A stretch of 64,000 nt of DNA, taken from the NCBI GenBank assembly GCA_963745235.1, contig CAVUXE010000097.1, positions 1-64,000 of the forward strand. Direction: 5' to 3'. Position numbers and translations under genes: made by a program. The notes under the pieces are model-generated. The model had not been told where the DNA came from, did not search any database, and worked only from the letters and a program-made list of their open reading frames with translations. This document shows, piece by piece, positions 19,749 through 30,749 of this stretch (the first letter of the stretch is position 1; each line of letters opens with the position of its first letter). The DNA comes from an uncultured Spirochaetota bacterium. GTDB lineage: Bacteria; Spirochaetota; Spirochaetia; SZUA-6; Fen-1364.

Positions 19749-20186
19749 CTACTCCCGCCGTGATGCCTGCAGGGCGAACTCTCTCACCTTCTCCTTGATG
19801 GCATCCCGGATCTCGCGCACGCGCGCCATGATCTCCTCATCGCTTCCGGTGAACGAGGCGGGATCATCGAAGGGCCAGTGGAGCCTCTCCGTGACGCCCC
19901 GGAAGACCGGGCACCTGTCAGCGGCTTCCCGGGAGCACACGGTGACGACGAAGTCGTAGCTGCGGCCGGCCTCGTACAGGTCCACCACGCTCTGCGTTGT
20001 CTTGCCCGAGATGTCGATGCCGTCCTCCGCGAGGGACCGAACGACAAACGGGTTGAGCTTTCCCGGCTCAAGGCCGGCGCTTTCGACCTCGAACGCGCTT
20101 CCTCCGAACCTGTGAAGGTAGGCTTCCGCAATCTGGCTGCGGGCGGAATTGTGGACGCAGAGGAACAGGACCCGCGTGGCTTTCAT
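19749..20186 (-). CDS. arsC: Arsenate reductase, thioredoxin-coupled LMW-PTP type
   Basis: FLCVHNSARSQ P-loop, VTVC..RCP resolving cysteines, HWPFDDPA. Confidence 0.88.
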   Translation of the reverse strand: MKATRVLFLCVHNSARSQIAEAYLHRFGGSAFEVESAGLEPGKLNPFVVRSLAEDGIDISGKTTQSVVDLYEAGRSYDFVVTVCSREAADRCPVFRGVTERLHWPFDDPASFTGSDEEIMARVREIRDAIKEKVREFALQASRRE

Positions 20187-20209
20187 GAGACAACGGTGTT
20201 TCTCGACTG

Positions 20210-21736
20210 TTAGGTTTTCGTGAAGGGGAGAGTGAAAACGAAGCGGCTTCCCTTTCCCTCCCCCTCACTCTCCGCCCACAACCTTCCCCCGTGCAGCTCA
20301 ACCAGCTTGCGAGAGAGGGAAAGCCCGAGCCCCGAGCCCTGGTCCTTTGTCCTGCCGCCGCGCTTGATCTGGTAGAACGAGTCGAAGATCCGATCCAGCT
20401 CGAGGGACGGGATCCCGATCCCCGTGTCCGTCACGCTGATCTCGAGGTCTGCCCCGCGGCGCTTCATGGACACGGAAACGTGCCCCTGCTCGGGCGTGAA
20501 CTTGATGGCGTTGGACAGCAGGTTGAAAAGGACCTGCTTGAGGCGTCTCTCATCCACGCGGAGCTCGAGCCCCGCAAGCTCGGCCGGCAGGTCGGCGTTG
20601 AGCCCGATGCCCCGGCGGCTGGCGGCCTCTTTCAGCATCGTGATGGGGTGCTCGATGAGGGATGATATCTTCACCAGGGTGGACTCCAGCTCCGTCTTCC
20701 CGGACTCGATCTTCGAGATGTCGAGGATGTCGTTGATCAGATCCAGCAGGTGATGCGACGCCTGGAGGATCACCTCGATCTGCTGCTTCTGCTTCTCGTT
20801 CAGCTGCCCGAAGTACTCGTAGCCCAGGATCTCCGCGTACCCGATGATGGCCGTCAGGGGCGTGCGCAGCTCGTGGGACATTCCGGCCAGCAGGTCCGAC
20901 TTCGCGCGGTTGGCGGCGTCCGCCGCCTGGATGGCGAAGGTGAGCCGGTCTTCCGCGCGTTTTCGCGCGGTGATGTCGCGGGCCACGATGGTGACACCGG
21001 CGAAGGTGCCGCCGTCGTCCTTCAGGGGAGAGACCTTGGTGTTGTACCATGTCTGCGAGTCCCCCGCTGTCAGGCTGTAGTCGAACTGCTCGACGCTCTG
21101 CGAGGACTGGACCGCAAGGAACGCGGCCTGGAAGCGCGCCGCAACGGCTTCGGGAAAGACATCCGCGAAGGTCTTGCCCCTCCACTCGGGGGCCGCCGTC
21201 GCTCCCGCCTCGGAGCTGGAGGGCGTGCGGGAAGCCACCAGGAGGCCGTTTCGGTCGGTGACCAGCACCGCGTCGTCCATGGACATGAGGATGGAGCGCA
21301 GCCGTTCCTCGCTCTCGCGCAGGTCAGCCTCCACGCGGAGCTTCTGCCGGGCGGTCTCTGCCTGGCGGATTGCCCTCTCCATCACGGGAGGCAGCAGGCG
21401 GAAGAACTTCTCGTAGCTTTCCTTGTGGATGTAATCCGCGGCGCCCAGCTTCATGGCGCGAACGGCAACTTCCTCGTTGCCCGCGCCCGTGGCCATGATC
21501 ACGGGGACCCCGGCGCGTCGCGACACCAGGGACTGCAGCACGTCCAGACCGTTGCAGTCGGGGAGCTGGTAGTCCACGATGACCAGGTCATGGATGGCCT
21601 CATCGAATACCTGGAGGCCCTCCCGCCCCGTGGAGGCGCTGTCCACCTGGTATCCCTCGGCGGCGAGCTTGGTCCGGACCAGGCGGGCAAGCCCCGGGTC
21701 GTCTTCAATGTAGAGAACCCGCATCTCAGGGCGCAT
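20210..21736 (-). CDS. Hybrid sensor kinase REC-PAS-HisKA-HATPase
   Basis: IEDD..VDYQLPD receiver; SHELRTPL; NLLSNAIKF; DTGIG; GSGLGL. Confidence 0.92.
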   Translation of the reverse strand: MRPEMRVLYIEDDPGLARLVRTKLAAEGYQVDSASTGREGLQVFDEAIHDLVIVDYQLPDCNGLDVLQSLVSRRAGVPVIMATGAGNEEVAVRAMKLGAADYIHKESYEKFFRLLPPVMERAIRQAETARQKLRVEADLRESEERLRSILMSMDDAVLVTDRNGLLVASRTPSSSEAGATAAPEWRGKTFADVFPEAVAARFQAAFLAVQSSQSVEQFDYSLTAGDSQTWYNTKVSPLKDDGGTFAGVTIVARDITARKRAEDRLTFAIQAADAANRAKSDLLAGMSHELRTPLTAIIGYAEILGYEYFGQLNEKQKQQIEVILQASHHLLDLINDILDISKIESGKTELESTLVKISSLIEHPITMLKEAASRRGIGLNADLPAELAGLELRVDERRLKQVLFNLLSNAIKFTPEQGHVSVSMKRRGADLEISVTDTGIGIPSLELDRIFDSFYQIKRGGRTKDQGSGLGLSLSRKLVELHGGRLWAESEGEGKGSRFVFTLPFTKT

Positions 21737-22907
21737 TCTCTCTCCCGTTGCCAAGGACCCGCCGGACGCAGCGAAGCAGGTCCCGCGGCTCATAGGGCTT
21801 CGCCAGGATCTCCTCCATCCCGGGCCGGGGGACGGATTCCTGGACCCCCCACGCGTACCCGGTGCACAGGATCACCGGCAGGGACGGGCTTTTGCCCCGG
21901 ATCCGCCCCAGGACTGCCCGGCCGCTGAGCTTCGGCATCACGTCATCCAGAATCGCCAGTCGAATGCGCTCCGTGTTTCCCTCGAAAAGCTTCACCGCCT
22001 CCGCGCCGTCAGAGGCGGCGAGCACGCGGTACCCTTCCTTCCCGAGAACACGGCAGGCAAGATCGCGGACGCCGGCGTCGTCCTCCGCAAGGAGGATGGT
22101 GCCGCCCCCGGAGTGAGGCGGAGCGTTCCGGCTCTCCGTCCGCAGGGGAAGCGAGATGAGGAACTCGATGCCTCCCGATGGGGGGCTCTCCATTGAGATT
22201 GTCCCGCCGAGGAGTGAGACCGTGCCGCGAGCGGCGGCCAGGCCCAGCCCCAACCGCTTGCCGGTGGAGGAGACATAAAACGGCTCGAAGATGCCGGTCC
22301 GTTCGTCAGCGGGGATGACGGCCCCGGGAGCGGCGACACGAAGCAGAATACACTGCCCGGGGGGCTCGCCTTCCGGAACCAGGCTCGTCTCCACGAAGAG
22401 CCTGCCGCCTTTCGTCATCCTCTCCGCCGCGTAGGTAAGGAGGCTCCCGATGAGCCGATCCACCTGGTCCGCGGATGCGAGGAGGCGCGGGAGACCGGCC
22501 CCCGCGACGAAGCTCGCCTGGATGCCACCGCTTCGGGAGGCGCGGCACTGCTCCAGCGCCCTGCTGGTCGACTCGTTCAGGTCTATCTCCGAGAGCGACG
22601 ATGAAGCGCGGCGTCCTATGGCGAGCAGCTGACCGATGAGCTCCGAGGCCCGCTGCATGGCCGCCATGACTTCCTGGAGATGGCCCCGGGCCCCGGGACC
22701 GAGGTCCTCCTCCCCCAGGGCAAGCTCCGCGTATCCGCGGACAACCAGGAGGATGTTATTGAAGTCGTGGGCCACACCTCCTGCCAGTCGTTCAAGGGAA
22801 TCCGGGGGACGACCCGGCGGAGAGCCTGGGGTATGCGCGACGGGCGCGGCCGGCCGGCGGCGCAGGAGCGCGCGAAGGCTTGTCACCAGGCGTTTGTCAG
22901 GCGCCAT
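21726..22907 (-). CDS. Sensor-less hybrid histidine kinase with degenerate ATPase domain and C-terminal REC
   Basis: AHDFNNIL H-box; N and G1 boxes eroded; C-terminal AEDD..LDDVMP receiver. Confidence 0.8.
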   Translation of the reverse strand: MAPDKRLVTSLRALLRRRPAAPVAHTPGSPPGRPPDSLERLAGGVAHDFNNILLVVRGYAELALGEEDLGPGARGHLQEVMAAMQRASELIGQLLAIGRRASSSLSEIDLNESTSRALEQCRASRSGGIQASFVAGAGLPRLLASADQVDRLIGSLLTYAAERMTKGGRLFVETSLVPEGEPPGQCILLRVAAPGAVIPADERTGIFEPFYVSSTGKRLGLGLAAARGTVSLLGGTISMESPPSGGIEFLISLPLRTESRNAPPHSGGGTILLAEDDAGVRDLACRVLGKEGYRVLAASDGAEAVKLFEGNTERIRLAILDDVMPKLSGRAVLGRIRGKSPSLPVILCTGYAWGVQESVPRPGMEEILAKPYEPRDLLRCVRRVLGNGRENAP

Positions 22908-25727
22908 CGAGTGTCTCCCGAACCTTTCGCGCAAGGGATTCCGGAGTGAAGGGCTTGGGGAGAAAGTGAACCTTTGCACCTTGTCGACCGAGCCCAAGGC
23001 CCTCGTCATCCGGATACCCCGACATGAAAAGCACGGATGCGGAGCGGCACAGGGGGAGTATCCGCGTGGAAAGCTCGCTGCCCCTCATCCCCGGCATGAC
23101 GACGTCAGTGAGCAGGAGCTGGATGGAATGTCCCCGGCTCTCTGCGATGGCAAGGGCCGCGGACGGAACAGCCGCTTCCAGGACCGTGTAGCCCCACCCC
23201 CGCAGGAGCGTGCACGCGAGGGACCTCACCGCGTGCTCGTCCTCCACCAGCAGGATGGTCTCTCTCCCGCGGGGCAGCACCTGCGCCCCGCGCTCGCTCT
23301 CCTCCCGGGGAACGCTGCCGGACATGCGGGGCAGATACAGACGGAACTCCGCGCCGCTGCCGGGCTGGCTCGACACCTCGATATGACCCCGGTTCTGGTT
23401 CACGATCCCGTAAACGGTCGCAAGCCCGAGCCCGGTGCCCGCCCCGGCTTCTTGGTCGTGAAGAAGGGCTCGAAGATGTGGGACCTCACCTCCTCGTTCA
23501 TCCCGACGCCGGTGTCGCGGACCGACAACACGGCATGCTCGGCGGGCGGCGCGGGGAATGTCGACTCCCTGCTCAGGTTGTACGTGCGAAAGGTGAGAGT
23601 GCCGCCGCCGGGCATCGCATCACGCGCGTTGACCGAAAGGTTGAGTATGACCTGCTCGATCTGGCCCGTGTCCGCGAGCACCGGCCAGAGCTCGGGGGAA
23701 AGCTCGTACTCCAGCGTAATGTCCTCCCCGATCAAGGGCCGCAGCATGGCGTGGAGGTTCTCCACCACCGCGTTCAGGCTCACGAGGCGCGGGGAGATCA
23801 CCTGCTTTCGGCTGAAGGTGAGGAGCTGCCGCGTGAGGCCGGTGGCCCGGCGGGAGGCCGCGAGGATCTCCCTCACTTCGGCCGCGCGCGGATCTTCAGC
23901 GCCAAGCCCCGTCAACAGGAGGTCCGCGTACCCTATGATTGTGGTCAGGATGTTGTTGAAATCGTGCGCAACGCCGCCGGCGAGACGACCAACGGCTTCC
24001 ATCTTCTGGGCATGGCGAAGGCGCTCCTCGAGCTCCGTCGCCTCCGTCACGTCGCGCTTGACCGCGACGTAGCTGACGATCCGGCCGTCCTCAGCTTTCA
24101 CCGGGCTGATGGTGGCCTCCTCCACGTAGGTGCTCCCGTCCTTCCTGCGGTTGACGAGCTGCCCCCGCCAGACATCTCCCGCCGCAAGGGTATGCCACAT
24201 CCGAAGATAGAAGGCGGCATCATGCCGGCCGCTTTTCAGGATCCGAGGGGACTTCCCGATGGCCTCGGCCCGCGAATAGCCCGTGATGCGCTCGAAGGCC
24301 GGGTTTGCGTAGGTGATGAGGCCGTCGGCGCCCGTTATCACCACGTATTCGGCCGCCTGCTCGATTGCCGCGTACAGCCGGGCGCGCTCCTCTTCCGCCT
24401 TGAGCCGCTCGGCATTCTGGCGCGCCATTGCCTGCGACATGCGCGTGCGCTGCAGCGCTGCTCCCATCTGGAGCGCGAATGCAGCGACCACGGGAAGGTC
24501 CGTCTCCAGGAGGTCCGCGTTCACCAGCGCCACCGTCCCGGTGACCTCTTCGGCATCTGCAAGCGGCGCGAGGATCATGCGGGAGGCGCGCATCACCCTG
24601 AGAACGTCGGGGATCTTGCGTCTTGCCTCCGCGGGGAGAACGGAGGCGAGAAAGCCTGCCATATCCGTGATGAGAAGGGTCTCCCGGCCGCGGACCACCT
24701 GGCGGAACTCGCTTGCCTGGTCCACGGCCAGCGCGAAGGCGCTGGACGGGATGCCGAATATCGTGGACAGCTCGGCGGCAGCCGCGTGCCCCTCTCCCAG
24801 AAACGTGAGGGAGAGCGACCGTCCTGTCGCATCCAGGGTGAAGATGTCCAGCGAAAAACCGATGGACGCCAGCTCCTGTGATACGACGCGGAAGATGTCC
24901 TCCGGCCTCGCGGCGCCGGCCATGGCAACGGAGGCCCGGTTCAACGCCTCCTGCAGCTCTTTCTGCCGCCGGGAAGCCGTCACATCGATGATGAAATGGA
25001 GCGTGGCGGCCTTCCCCTCCCAGGGAAGCAGGACCGTGCTCGCCTGGAGCCACCGCACTCTGCCCTGGCCGTTGATGATGCGAAGCTCGTACAGGGAAGC
25101 GAAGGCTGGCTCCTTCCCCGAGAGAACCTGCATGAAGTCTTTTTGGACCCGGCGCTTGTCGTCTGGATGGACCACGTCTGCAACCGCGAGGCCGACGATG
25201 TCCGCTTCCGGGCCGCCGAAGATTTCGCGGCCCCTGGCATTGACGTACTGGATCCTCCCGTCCTGGATGACGACAACCGCCTCTGCGGCGCTCTCGGTCA
25301 GCGCGCGCAGCCTCTCCTCGGAGTCCGGCAGGTCCATGGGCGCCAGGTCCGTGTGGTTGATCCACTCGTACGCGCCGACTATTCCGACCACCCGCCCCCC
25401 GCCGTCACGCAGAGCAACCTTGGCGGTGCGCATGAAGACGCGCGTCCCGTCCCGGGTGGCGGTCACCTCGTCGTAGGCACGCCACGGCTCCCCCGTCCGG
25501 AGGACCCGCAGGTCCTCCTCCCGGAACCTCTCAGCATTGTCCGCCCACGGCATGTCCCGGTCGGAAAGCCCGGTGACCGCCTGCGGTTCGGGAAGGCCCG
25601 CCGCACGCGCAAAGAACTCATTGCACCCGACGTACCGTGAGCTCTCGTCTTTCCAGAATATGGACAGCGGCAGGGCATCAAGGACGGCTCGAAGAGAGAC
25701 GGCCTGCGTCAACTGGCTCGCGCCCAT
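22897..25727 (-). CDS. Multi-PAS/GAF hybrid histidine kinase, frameshift near 23440
   Basis: Three PAS-like and one GAF-like domain; AHDFNNIL; NARDAM; DTGVG. The second frame supplies the end of the HATPase and REC (LLTDVVMP). Confidence 0.9.
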
Positions 25728-25735
25728 CCGCGTCC

Positions 25736-28700
25736 TCAGGGGCCCACGCGGGCAACCGGTGAGGGCAGCCGGGACCTGATGCGGTCCCATTGCGCCAGCA
25801 CCTTTTCATTGATGGGAACAAGCGGGACGTTGCCGTCATGCGCCTCCCGGCACAGGCTCTCCAGGCTCTCGAAACAGGTGGCGATCTGGCGAAGGACGTC
25901 CGGGTCCACCGGGACGTCAGCAGGGGGGGAGATGCCACGGCCTTGCCGGATGGCGTCATTGCGGCGGGCGCCCCTGCGCGCGGCCCGGATGCGCCGGCGG
26001 TCTTCCCGCTCTTCAAAGGATCCAGGGCAGCGGGAAGGTCGAGCACCACTTCGTAGGGCTCGTAAACGCGGATGGGCTCGGAAATGTTCTTCACCGTGAT
26101 CCGGCCGATCTCACGCGCGTGGACGTAGTCCTTGACCTTCTCGTAGACCTGCTCGGAAACCAGGACGGAGCCCGGCGTCGCGGAGGTCTCCAGCCGCGAT
26201 GCGATGTTCACCGTGTTGCCCAGGATGTCTCCCTGCTCCTTGCGCACCACTTTTCCGCAATGCACTCCGATGCGGATGACCACTTTCGAGTTCTCTTCCC
26301 GGTAGCGGTTGAACCTCTTCAAGGATTTCTGAAGCCGGATCGCCGTGAGCACGGCGGCAAGGGGCTCGTGAAACACGAACATGTGGCCGTCGCCCATCCG
26401 CTTGACGAGCTCTCCCCTGTGCGCCTCGGTGTGAGCAAGCAGGAGCTTCTCGTAGTCCTGGATCAGGCTCGACACCTGCTGCGGCGTGAGCACCTGCGCC
26501 TTCTTCGAGTAGCCCTGGATGTCGGTGAAGAGGACCACGAGGTCGACAACGTTTTCCCGCTCGAACTGGAAAGCGTTGCGCTCCGTGCGGAAATCAACCG
26601 CGGCCCCCGGATCTTCCGGGACCGGCATCTCGGAATCCTCCGCGGACGGAGTGCCCCGCAGGCGGATGGCGAGGTCAAGCGCGCCCGCGCGCAGGTCCTC
26701 GGTGGCGCTCAGCAGGAAATCCCGCAGGGGCTCGTGGATGAGGGGAGTCTCCGCGGCAAGGAGAGGTGCCAGGACGGGCAGAAGCGGAGCGCGGAGGAGC
26801 CCCGTGAGCGCCCGAAGTGTTTCCGCCCTTTCCTCGACGGCGCCGGAGGAAAGAAAATCCCTCACGACCTCGGGGGCGTAGTCGTCCCCCAGCCTCCAGA
26901 GAAGGACCCCGGCGGAGCGTCGCTGCGGGGATTCGTTCCCTCGAAGGATCTTGTACAGGAACTCCACGGTGCCTTCGCGGTTGCCGACCAGGCCGGAGGC
27001 TATGCGGCGGCCCATGATGGCAAGCACCGCCGACTTGCGGGGGGCATCCCCGGTGGCGTACATGTCCCGCAGGCTCTCCATGATGTCCAGGGAAACGTTG
27101 TCTCCGAGATAGGCGCTGATTGACCCGATCACCTCCCGGCTCGTGGCAAGGGACAATCGGGTCAGGAGCGCCTTGACGAGGTCCCCGCTGGACGATGCCG
27201 GTGAGGCCGTGATTGCCTCCACGGCATTGAGGGTGATGTACGGATCATCCTGCGCCGAGAGCAGGCGGGCGGAGGAAGGCTCGAGCTCTGACGGGCTGAG
27301 CTCCCGCAGAAGGTGAAGGGAAGCGATGGCGAGCACCTTGCTTGCAAGCGGCGGCGTCAGGCACTCGCGGCAGGCGGCCAGCGCGGGCTGGGGATTCACG
27401 CGGGCGGAAGCCCACAGCGCGGCTTCGGCGAGACGGAAGAGCTTCTCCCCCCTCGCCCAGGCGAAGATGCCTTTCAGGGTGCTCTCCACCGCCGCTCCGG
27501 CCGCGGGGGTCAGCACGACGGCCGCCAGCCGAACGGCGCGGATGAGCTGCCAGAACAGGATCCCCTTGCCTGTCTTCACCAGGGCGAGCTCGCGGGCCAC
27601 CAGTCCCATCCCGGTCCTCTGCGGGTTCTTGATGACCTCCGCAAGGGCCGTGTACCCGTCGAAGTGGCGGACTTCCACGCGGACCGCCGTGGCCTTGAGC
27701 CTCTTCAGCAGGCTGTCTTCGGTCTCGGTGGAAGCCCCCTTGAGGTAGCGCAGGAGGGCCGCCTTGAGCTCCTCATCGCAATAGTACTCCAGGTACTCCT
27801 TCGACCTCATGATGAGCCAGCCCAGCTCGTGGGACTCGCTGGCGATATGCCGCCCCTCTTCGCGCAGCTTGTTGAAGTGCTCCGTAATGAAGGTGATCAC
27901 CCGGCTGCGGAGGGTGGCCGGGATGACGACGGTGGTCTGCTCTGTCCTGGCCATCCGATCCACGGTCTCGTGGACCTCGTCCTCGAGGGCGGCGTTGCCC
28001 TCCGCCCGGCCAAGCAGGCATTCGATGACCATCGGGAAGAGCTTTGCGTGGTGCGCCGCTGTTGCGATCCCCGCATACGCCGAGCGGCGCACGTCCGCCA
28101 CCGGGTCCACCAGGGCCTCCCGCAGCACGTCACCGGTCGGCGCCAGGTCCTGCGTCAACGCAATCGAAACGAGCGCCGCGCGCGTGCGGGCGGGAAGGTG
28201 CTTGTATTGAGGCGCATACCGTTCGACGGCCTTCTCCACCAGGGCAGGGGTTTCCCCAGCGGAGCGGAGGACCTGGTCCACCGTCTCCTCGCGGGAATCC
28301 TCCAGGAGCTCGTCCAGCACGGCCTCACCGCGGAGCTTCAGGAGAAGGCCCACGGCATGCGCCCGGGCCCCGGCGGGGGCCATCGGGGACCGGGCAATCT
28401 GGCGCACAAAGCCTGCAAGCTCGCGGTCCTTGGGAACCGCGGCGGCCAATGCGTCCAGGATCTCCCGGCGCAGGGCGTCCTCCCGCGTCGTCTTCAGCAT
28501 GTCCACCAAGGCGCGGGCGCAGCCGGGGTGACGGATCCTGCCCAGGGCCCGTACGGCGGCAACGGTGAGCTCTGCGCCGCCGGAGGCAAGGACGCGGGTC
28601 ACGTACGTGAAGCTGGCCGGGTTGGCAAGAGCAGCCACCGCCTCCATGGCGGAAAGGGCCACCCGGGGGCGGGAATCGAACAAGTCCCCGTGCAGCCACT

Positions 28701-28800
28701 CCAGGCCGCGGGCGTCCCTGTCGAACGCCGCAATGAGCCGATGGGTGGTCACGAGCGGCTCTACCCCCAGCCGCGGGGAGTCAGGAACGCCGGGGCTCAT
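25736..28800 (-). CDS. HEAT/ARM-repeat class III adenylate cyclase; probable indel in the G7 run at about 25923
   Basis: LFTDIQGY, VKRMGDG, RIGVHCG, GDILGNTVNIASRLE; about 750 aa of helical HEAT-like N-terminus. The shifted frame gives ..DVLRQIATCFESL..VGP stop at 25736, just before the next ATG. Confidence 0.85.
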
Positions 28801-29294
28801 GAAGACTGATCGTGCAGGGAACCCAGCTGCGTCCTTTCCTCCGCGGAGAGGATGGCGTCGCTGTTCAGGAGAATGATCAGCTTGTCGTCGATTTTTCCCA
28901 CGCCCGTGATGAACTCCTGGGACACCCCGCCGAAAACCGGCGGCGGAGGGTCGATCTGGTCCGCGGGTATCCTCACCACCTGGCTCGCGGAATCCACCAC
29001 CATGCCCATCAGCTTCCCCTCCACCTCCACGACAATGACGCGCGTCATGGCGGTGGCCTCCTTGGCCTCCAGGCCGAACTTGTCCCGCAGGTCGATGATG
29101 GGGATCACGTCACCACGGAGGTTGATGATCCCCTTCACGAAGCTGGGCGCCTTGGGCAGCCAGGTGATCTCCCGGACACGGATCACCTCTTTCACCCGCA
29201 GCAGCTCCAGCCCGTACTCCTCGTCCCCCACGGAAAAGCTGATGAACTGGCGAAGCTCGCCCCGCGCGTCCACCCTGTCTTTCAATGCATCCAT
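28797..29294 (-). CDS. cheW: Chemotaxis coupling protein CheW
   Basis: EEYGLELLRVKEVI, GIINLRGDVIPIIDLR. Confidence 0.95.
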   Translation of the reverse strand: MDALKDRVDARGELRQFISFSVGDEEYGLELLRVKEVIRVREITWLPKAPSFVKGIINLRGDVIPIIDLRDKFGLEAKEATAMTRVIVVEVEGKLMGMVVDSASQVVRIPADQIDPPPPVFGGVSQEFITGVGKIDDKLIILLNSDAILSAEERTQLGSLHDQSS

Positions 29295-29331
29295 GACTCT
29301 CCTCCACTCAAAAAGACCGGCCCCGCGCCGG

Positions 29332-30432
29332 TCAGGCTATTGCTTGCATCCGGCCCTGGATCAACCAGGTCGACTCGGGTGCACGCAGGAAAATTTCCAG
29401 GATTTCCGGATCGAATTGCGTTCCCGCCTGGCCGTCGAGGTCCCGGCGCGCCGCGTCGAACGAGAACGCCGGGCGGTAGGGGCGCTCGGAGGTCATTGCA
29501 TCCAGAGCGTCCACCACGGCGAAAATTCTCGCGTGCAGCGGGATATCGGAGCCGGACAGCCGCTTGGGATAACCGGTCCCGTCGAACCTCTCGTGATGGG
29601 AGAGGACCACGTCCGTGGCATAGCTCAGGAACTCGATCCCCCGCAGCATTGACCATCCCATGACCGGGTGCCTCTGCACCACTGCCCGTTCTTCCCGGGT
29701 GAGCTCCCCGGCTTGAGCAGGATGTGCTCCGGCACGCCGATCTTTCCGACGTCGTGGAGGTAGGCCCCCCACTTCAGGTTCTGCAGCTCGAAGGCCGACA
29801 AGGAGAGGGACTCTCCCATGCGAAGGCTGTTCTCCGAAACCCTCCGGCAGTGGTCCGAGGTTTCGTGGTCCTTCAGGTTCAGGGCGGCGCCCAGCGCCGC
29901 GACCGTGGAGTCGCGCACTTCGTTCAGCTGGCGCGAGGTCTGGGAAAGCTCGTTCGCCTTGGTCACGACGAGGTCCTCCAGGGCGCGGGCGTAGTAGCGC
30001 GTGCTGGTTCGATTCTTCCACTCCTCCATGGCCCTGTCCAGACGCTGAAGGAAATCACCGACGGTGAACGGCTTGGTAATGAAATCTATGGCCCCGTCCC
30101 GGATTGCCTGGACGGCTGTCTGGATATCGCTGCATCCCGTTATCACCACGACAAGCGGGGAATTGGTGCTCTCCTCAGCGAGGGTGAGGCCGCTTCCGTC
30201 CGGAAGGTTCACGTCGAGGAAAAGCATGTCGTAGAATGCGCGGGCGACCATTGCCGCGGGCCTCCGCCAGCGTCCCGGCCGTGTCGCACGTGAATCCCCG
30301 GATCTTCAGCATGGCCGTGACGAGCGACCGTATCTCCGCCTGGTCCTCCAGGACAAGGATCCGGGGAGGCTTCATCTGAGGCGGAACGTGTATGGGCAGC
30401 GGCCTCTTCCCGGGACCGGCCAGATCCTGCAT
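29332..30432 (-). CDS. REC-HD-GYP c-di-GMP phosphodiesterase, two frameshifts (about 30255 and 29710)
   Basis: VLEDQ..LDVNLPD receiver; KDHETSDH, LHDVGKIG, HHERFDGTGYP. Alternative start at 30375. Confidence 0.88.
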
Positions 30433-30458
30433 GTTCACCTGCTCCTCTTCCCCTCGTC

Positions 30459-30749
30459 TCAGCCGTGATGGGGGTGGGTCTTCAGTTTCTTCAGGCCCGA
30501 AGCCAGGGCCAGCTCGATCTCGACGCGAATTGCGCGCTCCGCCTCCGGGCGGGGCGTCAGGGGAGCGAGAAGCGAGGTGTAATACGCCGGCTTCACGTGG
30601 TTGAGGGTCCATGCGGCGAGGTCCAGGACGCACTCCTCGCACGTGCACATGTCCCCGCCCTTCTGGATCTCCTTCTCGATGGCCTCGAAGACCATCTCCT
30701 CGGCCCTGTTCTTCATGGCGTCCAGGTTGTAGCTCTCGTTGAGCTTCAT
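30459..30749 (-). CDS. ComFB family protein
   Basis: 96 aa; KNRAEEMV, CTCEECVLDLAAWTLNHVKPAYY, C-terminal PHH match the ComFB pattern. Confidence 0.82.
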   Translation of the reverse strand: MKLNESYNLDAMKNRAEEMVFEAIEKEIQKGGDMCTCEECVLDLAAWTLNHVKPAYYTSLLAPLTPRPEAERAIRVEIELALASGLKKLKTHPHHG

